From positions 2,721,060 to 2,785,059 of the forward strand of contig NW_003314269.1 in NCBI RefSeq assembly GCF_000143415.4: a DNA stretch of 64,000 nt, in the 5' to 3' direction. Within the stretch, counting starts at the first letter, position 1, and each line of letters starts with the position of its first letter. The position numbers and the translations under genes were made by a program. The DNA comes from Selaginella moellendorffii. Taxonomy: Eukaryota; Plantae; Lycopodiophyta. The notes below the pieces were generated by a model, which saw nothing but the letters and a program-made list of their open reading frames with translations, was not told the DNA's origin and searched no databases. This document shows, one piece after another, positions 48,703-59,925 of this stretch.

Positions 48703-50590
48703 GACTGATGGATTTGATGACGATCGAGTAAAAGCTGGCGATGAGGATGAAGTAAGGGGAGGAGGAGGAAGATTGAGCTTTGGAGATTGCTGCTTCCTGA
48801 ATGGAGAGCTCAGATTGCGCCCATCGTCATCAGTCTCCCTGTCCAATCCAACCCACCAGGACCAAACCTTCTAAGAAAAAGAGAGAGAACAAAGTGGAGG
48901 TGAAAGAGATTGACATTTTCCCTCCCACGAACAGCAATAGAAAGCAAGCGGGGATAAGGGGGGGGAGGAGAAAAGAGAAAGAAACAAACCCCACGGGAAC
49001 TGGTAGCTACAAAACCCTGAATTTCGAGCGCTCGCCGCCCGTCGCGCGACCGATCGCCTAGAAAACTGGAATTTCTCTCATCAATCCGTGAGAAAAAAGA
49101 TGAGCGATCTCGCCATAGTCAACAAACATCGGCTTCCGCGAAGCCGCGTCGCAAAGGCGATGTGCTGCGTTGTTTGGTGCCCTGAATTCGCGCGCAAAGG
49201 AATCACTCGTGAATCTGCCCGAGCCAGCTCCCAAAATCTCCCCCCACTTTCCCCTCCTCCCTCCTCGTCCCCTCTAGCCCTAAAATTTTGTTTTGGTGTG
49301 GCAAAACGAGCCACTCGAACATCACTGGAAGAGGACCGCTAGTAGTAGAGAGAAACACATTCACGAGTATATTCCAGGCGCATATTCTTCTCGTCTTCTG
49401 CCCAGATTATTTAATGCGGGCGTACGGCGCATGTCCGTTGCTGTTGAGCCCCACCGGCGGGTAACGTGTCCTTGCCGTACTGGCCCATTTTTTCGTTTTT
49501 ACCGCTCTGGGGCTCCACCAACTTTACTTCCATGCGAAAGACGAGTGATTAGATTTTCGATTATAAGTCAAACCCAATAGTGTTGTCGTTTATAAGTACC
49601 TTCTCCCATGCATGAAAAAGAATGAAAGCTTATTTTATTATCCTCACCATAGTCTCCTCTAAAGAACATTCCACCAACTTATATTAGCGCTAATTATCTC
49701 TAGAGAGAGAGAGCATTTAAAAGGTGGCGACCTATGACTTGCCAAAGATTTCGACGTCAAACCTCCCATGTTTGATGCAATGTGGTGTTTTACCTTCCTA
49801 GTAGAGCACTTCTCTCGGCCCCATACATATGCAGAGTTTGCAGAGTTTGTGGCAAAAGAGTTCCTATGTTTTGCTCAAGGTGGGTGGAGTGACAGATTCC
49901 ACAGGGCCCTTTTTTATTTTTTATGTTCTTGGAAAAAGGATCACATTGTCAAGTGGTGAACCCATTTCAAAATGCTATGTTGCTGTCTTGAAAAAATGAA
50001 ATGTAATAAATACATAATAGGAAGATAAGAGCTGGAAATAAAAGAGAATGGGTGATTTTGGGCTCCACAGTCATCAACTCACGAGCTTGTCATTTGACCC
50101 TCTACGGATGTTACACTACGTCTCTTCCATCTAAATGTAGTGCTGCTCGAGAGAAAGTCTTTGTCGTCTGGAGGCAAAGAAGCTCCCACCAAGAAAAAAG
50201 GAATTTTCCCTTGTCAAAGTTCTCGACCTCGACGGATGGAGAAATCGAAGCTTACATTATGAAAAAAGAGGAAAAAGAAAGATATAATTCCACAAGGACG
50301 TTTTTTTGTGTCCGAGTAGAGTGGTCCTCCTTGTCTATTAAAGCCGCATAACGTACGAGCCTCATGGCCATTCTTCATAGTAGCAAGTTTGTTTCCAGCA
50401 GCGTGGACGCTTCCCCGGATCATCTTTATGCCACTCGCTGGAAACCAATCGAGGCGTGAGCCTTGTCTGCCGAGAATTCCAAAACTTGGATTTCCTCGAT
50501 CGATGTGGCCGATCAAGTTATAGCGAGAAGCGTACCTTGTTTGTTAGCCCACTTTAAAGTGTTTTCGTTTCAAGCTTTTGTCTATGCTCG

Positions 50591-52923
50591 CTAGTCTGGA
50601 TTTATGAGAAGCTGGATCTCCTCGAGCGATTTGCCTTTGGTCTCGATGATGAAGCTGTTTGCAAAGGCGACGGTGGCCAAGGAGACGGCACCGAAGCCAG
50701 TGTAGACCGCTGGAAGGCCAAACGCTTGAATCGCGGTCAGGAAGAACAAGCCGATGAGAAAGTTGGACACCTGTAGAAATAGAACATGAGATTTTTTCTT
50801 TCTTGATACGAAAGAACACAAGAAGAGTGAAAAGAGATCACTCACCCAATGCACGCACAGGCTAAAAGCCATGATCTTTGCTCGGCTTCTCGTCGTGCAT
50901 AGCTCGGGGATGATAATACCTGTCACTGGCCCAGCTCCAAGAGCAAAGGTAAACATATATCTGTAGAGGACAAAGCTCAGTACTGGAGATCATCAAAGTC
51001 TACTACAAAGAAAAGCCTGGAAACTACAGAAGAACTACTAGATGAACGTTCCACGTACGTGAGTGTTCCAATCACGGAAAGTAAGTGCGCTACGGAGTCG
51101 TCCATGGGGGCCTCCAATGCCACTACGAGCACAGCCATGGAGATCGCCTACAAACGTGTTAAGAACAACAAGTGTTTCGAATCGAGCCTAGTTATTTGTT
51201 TTGTACCATGCCAGTGTAGCTGATCATTAAGAGCTTTCGCCGTCCTTGTTTGTCCATGAGAGACGATGCTACCAGCGCCCCTGCGAAGAGCCAAGCCATT
51301 GTAAACAAGAACACAGCCAAGCTTGAAAGACTACCCGCAAAGTTGACAACGCCAACGGCAACGCTGGCTGTTAATCCATCGCTAATCCCAGCGTCGTGGA
51401 AAGTCGAGGACGAGAAATACAAAACCCCGTTAATCCCCGCGAACTGCTGAAGGAAGAAGAGGGAGCCACCTATGAGTGCCACTGCGAAGAAATCATAGAA
51501 AAACATGAAACAAATTAAGAGAATGAGGGAGGAAACTTAAGAACCTTTTCGGTTTTGTGCGAGCAGGAGTTCTCCCCACGACGCTTGATCTTTCTCGCCA
51601 TCTACGTCGCTGGATCTTTTCAGCTCCTGGATCGCTTGCTCCACTTCGGCCTCACCCCACAGTTTTTTTATCGTGGAAAGTGCCTCTTCCCATTGTCCGT
51701 TCTGTATAGATACTCCTTGCGAGAAGTTTTAAGTACCTTTGAAGAGAAAAAAGCTTTTGCTTACTCTTGCGAGCCAGCGAGGGCTTTCCACGGCGAACTG
51801 CATTGCGACGATGAGCAATGCGGCAGGAACCGAGCCAATCCAAAACATTTCTCTCCACCTGGAAAAAGAAAGTATAAAATGTGTTTTTTTTTTTCCATCG
51901 TCGAAGTTGACGGAGTTTACTACCAGTGAGGATCGGTTTGTGCTGGAATTCCAAGGAGCAAAGAGACTATAATCCCGGTACACGTACCAATCTGGCATAA
52001 ACTACACAAGGCGCCTCGATACTTTGTGGGAGATATCTGTAAAACCAAGCTCTAAGATGTTAAGGAAAGAAATCTACGTGAAAAGTAGCAAACTCTACGA
52101 TCAAAACTTGCGGAAATAGAAAATCAAAAAACTATCACCTCTGAAATGTAGAGAGGAACGAGCGAGGTGTTGATCCCAATGCCGAGCCCCACCAAAGCCC
52201 GACCGATGAGCATTTCGTTAACTGTGTGAGCATTCGCACTGCATTCACACAAACAAGTCAGAGCAAGAAGAAACAAGAGGCAAAGAACACGACCAAGAAC
52301 TAGAAAAGAGCAAACCTGATAGCAGGCCCCAGGACGAGCGGGATCATATCCAGCTGGAAAGTTCTACGTCGTCCAATCTTGTCCGCTAGAACACCACCAC
52401 TTACGCTCCCAGCAAACGCACCCACAATGAAAATGCTCACCACGAAGCCTTGCATTATGGTGTCCCCGTCAAAGCCAAGCTCCCGGGCAATGGATTCCAG
52501 CGGTCCATTGATAACACTGCAAACCAAAAACTTAGAGCTCAAGAACACGCGAAAGAGCTCACCCAATGTGGTAACCAAACATGAAGTTCGCCATGGCCGC
52601 CGTGAGTACGTGCGGCAAAACAGGAACCCATCCGACGTCCGGATCGCCCAAATCGATGGAACTCTCCGGCTTGGTTGTCTTCGAAACATCTTCTAAAGAA
52701 GAAGAACGAGCCACAAACTCTAGCTAGTGTTCTTCAAGGGAAAGTTAAAAACCTTACCTTGTTTCGATGATAGCGTCTTGTCCTCCTCGCCAATCTTCGC
52801 ATTGGGCACTGCTCCAAAGCTCCTCCTTCTGGACCTAAATCCGGTTAAGTTTCTAGAAGAAAAGAAGGAAGAAGACGAGACTAAGGCCTTGGAATGGAGA
52901 GCTAGAGTGCACAGTGTTGCCAT
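50591..52923 (-). CDS. Plastidic glucose transporter-like (pGlcT-like, sugar porter MFS), multi-exon
   Basis: Ser/Arg-rich transit-like N-terminus, FGYHIG|VINGPLESIA, ADKIGRRRTF, LQQFAGINGVLYFSS, MDKQGRRKLL and ETKGKSLEEI. Confidence 0.92.
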
Positions 52924-52995
52924 AAAAAAGATTTTGCCTCGGAAGTCCGAGAGCTGGTTAAATCATATGGAAACAATGACATCTCAGCTTTGGCA

Positions 52996-52999
<4 letters not shown>

Positions 53000-53030
<31 letters not shown>

Positions 53031-53052
53031 CTCTCTCTTTTTTTTTTTTTTT
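53000..53052. repeat. (CT)n plus poly-T microsatellite upstream of the transporter
   Basis: Directly visible. Confidence 0.9.
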
Positions 53053-53952
53053 TCCCCATCTCTCTCTTTCAGCTGGATGATCACGGCTTGGGACAAATGT
53101 CGCAGAGAAAAGCTAGTAGCAATCCAAGAAAATAGAGATCTCTCGTTTAGTGAAGATTTATTATCACCGGCTTTATTGTTGCTTTATCGCGGTCGTAACA
53201 CGCAAGTAGCGAAAGAGAACCACACCGAATTTTCCCTATGATCACGGTAGAAACTCGATTGTCAAACTTCCAGTTCGACCAATGGATGGAGAAATTTTCC
53301 TCCGTATTTCCATTTTTCCACCCACGTGCACGGAACGAATTCGAAAACGTGGGATCTACAGCAAGCAAAGATTAGAAGATATTATTCTTACAGGAAAAAT
53401 CAATTAAGCTATTATGGAAGATGAGATGTTACCTCGAGAGAGGTTTCGGCTCTACTGCTTTCCACTCGGAAAATATCGAGTCACAGACAACCCGAGGAAT
53501 TGGAACCAGCTAGGCTGCGGCCGTACACGCCAAATAAGCCACCGCGAGCGCCAACTCGCCTCTACTCACAAACTCGTTTAAACAGAGCAAAGAGCGTGTA
53601 CGAAACGACTGTACCTTATCGCCAGTTTGATGAGCAGGTCCACCACAGATGGGGAGTATAAATACGCGACCACATCCCTCGCCTCTATCACAAAATCAAG
53701 TTTTTTAAGGTTTTATCTCGAGCAGACGAGCGAGCTAGTCCGAAAAGAGGCGAGCAATTCATTCTTTTCTCGTCCAATCCCCAGTCCAATTTGGTTTCGC
53801 TGTGAAGAGAGCTTTAAGTCGGTCCGGAAGAGAGAAAGAGAACGATTTTATTTCGCTCATATCTCACGAGATCCGATCCTCGCTACTCCAATTTCTTTGC
53901 TGCAGAGCTTGAGTTTCCTTCTTTTCTCTTTTTTTTCTTCTGTTCCGCGAAG

Positions 53953-55172
53953 ATGGTTCAAATGCCGGTGGCGACGACGATCTTTGCCACCAACAGCAGC
54001 ATCCCGGAGCAGAAGCTCCTGAGCAATTCAGCTCCTTTTCCAGCGGTTCTCAAGCCGAGTTCCTCCGAGTCGAGCGACAAGCGGAGCCTTCTGCTAGCGC
54101 TGGAGCAGCCCGGCGGCAAATCCCTGCTGCGAAACGAGCTCGCCCGCAGCGGAGCGGTCCTGCTCCGCGGGTTCAACCTCGACTCCGCTGCCGACTTTGA
54201 CGAGCTTGTGCAGCGCCTCGACGGCGAGGAGTTCCCCTACAGCGTCGGGGGAGAGGCGACCCGGCAGCGAGTGCTGGGGAGAGTCTTCACCGCCAACGAT
54301 GGAATCCCGCTCCACAAGCCCATCGGCTTCCACAACGAAGTCGCTTATGTATGTTCCACTCATCTTCCCTTTTCGCGATGATACTGACTTTCTGCCTGCC
54401 ACCAGCTTCCAAACTCGCCATCGAGGATTGTTTTCTTCTGCCAGAGCCCCGCTCCACAAGAGGCTGGCGGAAGCACGCTAGTTGCTCACGGAAGAACGGT
54501 GTATGAGAAACTTGTGGAGAGTGGACACGAGCACTTCCTCGAGGAGCTGTCGCAAAAAGGCGTGAGATACTCCAAGAAGCTGGCCCAGGGAGGGCATGGG
54601 AGCTGGAAGTCTATGTTCCAGACGGATGACAAGCTTGAGGCGGAGCAAAGGTATCCACTTGCTGTCCTCCCTCCTATCATTGCTTGGACCCGAGTTTTCC
54701 TTTCTGTCACTCTCTTTGGTTTTGCTTTGCTTCGCGTCCAAAGCTGCTTGGTCATCTTTGCCTCAAAACTTCTTTTTGCTGCCTCTAACCAGCTCCGTTT
54801 TTTGTTTCCAGGGCCGAGAAAGTTGGTTCCAGAATCGAGTGGCTCGACAACGACGAGGCTCGTTTCATTTCCAATCCCTGCCCCGGCGTGAAGATCAATC
54901 CACACACTGGCGAGAAAGTCTGGTTCAACACCATCGCCGGCATCCAAGTCTTCAAGGCCTCCGCACCCCCGGGATCCTTTGATGCTTACTTTGGAGATTG
55001 CTCTCCCTTCCCCCAGGATGCTCTGGATGCCTGCCTGCGGATCCTGGACGAGGAGAAAGTTGCCTTCCCCTGGCAAAAAGGAGACGTCCTCATCGTTGAT
55101 AACGCCAATGTTCTTCACGCCCGGCAGCCTTCCAAACGGCCGAGAACTGTTCTAGTCTCCCTGTTGAAGTGA
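53953..55172 (+). CDS. Clavaminate synthase-like TauD/TfdA Fe(II)/2-oxoglutarate dioxygenase, 3 exons
   Basis: SGAVLLRGF, VFTAND, IGFHNEVAY (HxE), VWFN and WQKGDVLIVDN.NVLHAR motifs. Confidence 0.9.
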
Positions 55173-55953
55173 CAAAGATTCGGTGCCGCTACAATTTCCA
55201 ACGTGTGCCTGCTCGCCGCGAGTATTGTCCGACATTTCCTTTTCCTTCCAGCCCTCCTCCAGGCCGGCCTTGACCCGGTTCGTGCATGTATGTGTGTCGT
55301 TCGCAGACTTCTCGGGGTGGTATCGAGTTGGACGGATAGAGACCTCCAAACCACGACGCCTTCTCGACTGCGATATAGAAGTTTTGCTACATGTGTATAA
55401 CGCTCTCGGTCCATCGTGATCGGAAATAAGAATTTGGACCGCATTTCAGTGTCACACCCCGCAGCTCCCGGGTCTCAGTACCAATCAAAGTTGCAGCAGC
55501 AGAAATGAGAAACGCCAGCACAACGTGTTTGTCACAAGTTGCAAAAATCTTCGAAAACCACTGTCGGCAAACCACCTTGCTCGACTTTCTTTCCCATTTG
55601 CCAGATCCATGCTACCTTCGGGGGGACTGCATTAGGACTGCATTAGAACTGCATTAAGCTTTGTCCAAAAATTTGTCTGGAGTTTTGTAGCTTTGCCCTT
55701 TACAGGCCCATGTCTGTGTTAAAAAGACAAGGAAAATATCATAAGAAATCGAAGCACGAGGTTTATAAAAGTCGTACCACTCATGGTCTGCGTCAATCTT
55801 TGCCTCGTTGCATTTGAGAGCGCCATATGCTTTCTTGCGAGGCCTCTGAGCACCCCACATGCAACGTGGCTGCGCCGGGAACACGAGAGCCAAAGAAGCA
55901 GCCAAAAAACAAAGAAGTAAGAAAACCATTCTCTATTGTATTACCAGGGACTT

Positions 55954-57438
55954 TTATCCTTCCCATTCCGCGCCTAGATTTACCAGCTTAGTGTAGGCCA
56001 ACGTGAAATCGGCGTAGAACTTCGACTGGTCCCGCTTGTAAAGTTGTATCCAGCTGAAAGTCGAAGAAATAAACAGTATCATCTAAAACGAAATTCAGCG
56101 ACTTACGGGAGGCACTCTTCGTCACTGACAAGGACTCTATCAGATGGCAAGCCGATCATTGACGCCATTTTGTTATCTGAAAAACAAAACAAAACAAAGA
56201 AAAAAATGAAAGAAAGGATGCACCGTCAAAGTCTTTGATCTTGGTCAGCTTACCAGGATCGCTCCAAGGCATCTTCAAGAGAACGTCGTAATAGCTGTTG
56301 TCAAACACTGTAGGATTGCCAAAACCTTTGCTGCCAAGCGTATGAGCGCCCGAAAGAGCTACCATTTCTTGAGTCCTACAAGCTTGACAAAGTCGCAGCC
56401 ATTAGGAAAGTGATAAGAAAAAAGCATGAAAAGTTCGAGCGAACTTTGACGAGACATACTCACGAGAAACCCTTGCTTTGAAAAATCTTCTTCAGGGCCA
56501 CAGCATTGAGATCCTCGCTAGGCAGCTCACCTTGTATGTCAGCAACACTGGATCAACACATAAACTAGACGGTCAATACACTGTCTTCCGGTCATAGTAA
56601 AGAGTCAACACCAACCTTGAGTCCAGTCTTCCTAACTTCACGGGAATGAAGGGTCCTCCACAGATAACGATGGCTTCTGACCCAGCAACAGCAATAAGAT
56701 CCGCCCAAGACACTTAAAAAACATCAAAATAACGCAAAATTAATTCACGAAAGCATGGCGAGAATCTATGATAAACAGTACCATGAAGAGAACCTTCTAA
56801 CTCCCCCCTAGCTTTGTTGAGGACCTAAGAAAAGGAGTGCTCATATTTGTTTAGCCTAACTTGACATGAGCATTACAATTACCTTGATGGATCGTTCGAG
56901 ACCCGCGTTCTCTGGTCTTTCCAGCTCGTAAATGATAGATCCATTCATCCCACCACCTAAATGATATAAAAGAAGATGTCTAGACATTTGCGATGAAGAA
57001 GAAACTCGTTCTACCTTTGGAAGCGCTGAAAGTCCCAGCATCATGAAACACGAGCCTCAAAAGACCAGGAGCTTTTTGCTTGCTCACAACTTTCCGCAGA
57101 GCTTCACGAATGCGACTGTCTTTTGCATCCTCGCTTCTGCGCAAGGAGAGAAAAAAAAAATCCATCAAAGAACGAAGCGAGGATTTAAAAGCAAGCCACC
57201 GACACTGCTAAAGCAAACTTGCTGCTAAGTAGGGCTGCCGACGATGAGGAAAGAAGAGCAAAACGCCTAGTGACCACTGGACTCCTTGCTACAAAACAAG
57301 AACAGCCAAGCTCGAAATAAAAGAAACAGGAGAAGCATATAAGTTACCTTCGTCTCGACAATCGCAAGAAGCGCATCGGCCGCCATCGATCTTGGGAAGA
57401 GCGCCAACGGAGGACGTCCACGCGAGTAGCATTGCCAT
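55954..57438 (-). CDS. APX6: Ascorbate peroxidase-related heme peroxidase (APX-R/APX6-like), multi-exon
   Basis: LLRLVFHDAGTF, GGMNGSIIYELERPENAGL, VSWADLIAVAG, ALSGAHTLGSKGFG and MIGLPSD, ending KLVNLGAEWEG*. Confidence 0.9.
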
Positions 57439-57469
57439 ACCTAGATTAAAAAATGGGGGAAATCTTACA

Positions 57470-57510
57470 TCCCTTGTTGTCGGGTTCGATTCCCGGCAAC
57501 GGAAACTTTT
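57470..57510 (+). pseudogene. Internally deleted tRNA (Glu-like): acceptor stem plus T arm only
   Basis: TCCCTTG-TTG-TCGGGTTCGATTCCCGG-CAACGGA, followed by AAC and TTTT. D and anticodon arms are absent. Confidence 0.7.
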
Positions 57511-57601
57511 AATCAAGCCACCATTTTTATCGCCAAAATTCAAAGACTTAAGATCGTCTAAACTTCGTCTAAACAAAACTTTGGTGTGTTCCAAAACTGT
57601 T

Positions 57602-59011
57602 CTAGCCTTCGCCTCCAAAAAGATCCATGAATCCTCCTCCATCATCTTCTTCTTCCTCGTCCTCTTCTTTCTTCTCCTCTGTAGCAGCCACCACAGGAGC
57701 AGTGCTCGATTCCTCCGGCACCAGAGCTACAGCCACGGCAAACTTGCTTGGATCCTGCACGAGGCACTAAACACGTCAAACCAAGAACACCACCTAGGAC
57801 GAAAAACAAAAGAAGGCCAACCAAGACACTATCTAGAAATCCAGAAGCTAGAAATCCCAAACGAGGTACCTTCAAGTACTCCTTGGCGTTCTCGGCTTGC
57901 GGATACGAGTAGTCGGTGCTCAGCGCAATGGCCAGGACGTTCTTGTACGAGTTGAGGAAGAAGTGCGCGGCGGCCGCCAGTGTCGGGTAGCCGAGTGCGA
58001 GAGAGATGGCCGCCACCGCCGAGACTCCTTCGGCAAACTTTGCGACGAGGTCGTCGTCGGTGAGGTCGAGCACGGCGGGATCAAACACGGAGCCACTGTC
58101 GTAGACTCTGCGGACGACGAGTCCGTAGGAGAATGGCCGGATTCTCAGCTTTGCCAGGAGCGCTGCCTCCGAGGAGCCGACTTTGGTGCCTTTGCTGATG
58201 AGCTCCACGGAGGAGACGATCTCCACGGTCCCCTTGTTGATCTTCGTCGGGATATTCAGCGCCTAGAACAAGCGGCCAACTTAGTTGATATACCATATGC
58301 TTGATCACGAGATAAAAAATATAAATTCTAGAGTTTTTACCTGGAAGAAGGATGTGTGTGATGGATCGAGGCCAGTGCTTCCTGGCTGAATCGTCACGTC
58401 GATCGGAGCGACGAGGCCAACTCTAGCAGGCGCTCCAACCTTAGGAAAAAGAAAGACAAAGCTCAAGAATCCTTGAGAAGATCGATCGGAAGTGAAAGAA
58501 CTTACCTTGTACTTCGCGATCACCTCACGGACCTCCTTAAGATCTCCTCTAGTGAAGACAAGCCCGACGTTTCCCTACAATGAACGAATGAACCTAGATC
58601 CAAGGCAGCTCCAAAATCCCATCAAGAAACCACGACATCGCCAAGAACACATCCAAGATCGAAGAGAGCCGCAAGATTTCGACAGGAAACGCGGCGAGGA
58701 GCGATGAAATCACGGGAAATCACAAAGATCACGCGCACAGGCAGATTTCTCACCACAAGGAGAGGAATGAGGTTGAGAACATCCCTGTTGCCCGTCTTCT
58801 CGGCGTACTTGCGGATCGTGCGCTTCATCAGCGTGTTCTTCCCCATGAGCACCACGGAATCGGGGCGGAGGCCCTGGCGGATCTGCTGCATCTGGTTGGA
58901 TCCAACATTGTCCGCCGCGCAGATCAGCGCCCGGGCGTAGTCATCAAGGTACTTGCAAAGCTTGAGATCGTAGGCCTCCTTCTTCTCGAGCTTCGTCCCC
59001 TTGAACCCCAT
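57602..59011 (-). CDS. RPP0: 60S acidic ribosomal protein P0 (uL10), multi-exon
   Basis: [56 protein letters not shown], and an Ala-rich then acidic tail ending [19 protein letters not shown]. Confidence 0.96.
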
Positions 59012-59143
59012 CGCCAAAAAAGCTAGAGGTTTTTGCTAGGGTTCTAGGCTATTTAAACAGCAAGAAAGCGCACTGACGGAATATCCAGAACAACACTTCA
59101 CGCGACAGAATATGCCTCGATGCTAAAGAAGACGGAATGTGCC

Positions 59144-59871
59144 TTATCTTTGGTTAAGAACCGGGGGAATCAGCTCATCGTCTAGCTGAAGAACACACAG
59201 AGGATATCAAAACAATGGCTTTCAAAAAGAATTTCTATTTCTCACCAGATCAACTCCAGTTTCGTTCTCGGGCATCGCGAGCGACCATCCCGAATCCTCG
59301 ACGCAGCTCCAAATTCTTTCGAAAGCTCGCTTGTAGGCTCCTTCGAGATCATTCTTCTCCGCTATCACCTAGAGATTCAATGCGTTGTGTTCTAGCATTG
59401 TTTCTAAAGTTTTGGAGGGATCGCAAGAGCTTACTTGGTGATCTAGCATGTTTTTGATGACGAGCACGAACCTCGCGGCGTCCAGCTTCCCTTCCTTGAC
59501 GAGATACTCCCCCGCCTCATCCAGTTCTTCCAGGCAATCCATCACCGACTTGGATTTCTTGCCGAGCATCACTTGGAGCGCATCGTTTGCCAGCTGAAAA
59601 ACGACCGGTATCACCGCAAATTTTCGCAGAGGAAACGAGAACTTGCCTCATTCAGGCCCTCTAGAACGACGTCCTCCTCTAGCAAATCTTCGCTTACCGG
59701 CGCAGGCTCTGCTACTTTTGGCGCCGGAGCATGGTCACTCACTCGCTTCTTCGCGAGGCAGACAATGTGGGCGGCCGAGAATCTCCCCCAGCTCCTCAAT
59801 CCCACGCGCAACCTGGGCACCACGGAGAAATTGAAAACCACTGGCGCTGGAGCCACCCGGAGCTCCGCCAT
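59144..59871 (-). CDS. Uncharacterised small protein with a transit-peptide-like N-terminus (4 exons)
   Basis: Clean GT-AG splicing gives MAELRVAPAP...LEGLNE|LANDALQVMLGKK...MLDHQ|VIAEKNDLEGAYKRAFERIWSCVEDSGW...|LDDELIPPVLNQR*. Confidence 0.7.
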
Positions 59872-59925
59872 AGCCACCAGGAGCCCTAAAAACAGGGGAT
59901 TAACCCCTTCCCGCTCTTTTCACGC

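Noticed and set aside
55654-55929. 91-aa ORF with a signal-peptide-like start
   Set aside because: It begins 25 bp after the APX-R stop, and the hydrophobic stretch coincides with an intron-like pyrimidine tract (GTAATA...GCAG). More likely a spliced 3' UTR, though not excluded.
57470-57503. Functional tRNA gene
   Set aside because: No D arm or anticodon arm, and one acceptor-stem mismatch.
57602-57660. Atypical RPP0 C-terminus ([12 protein letters not shown])
   Set aside because: Plant P0 tails are known to deviate from the MGFGLFD consensus, so this is not distinctive.
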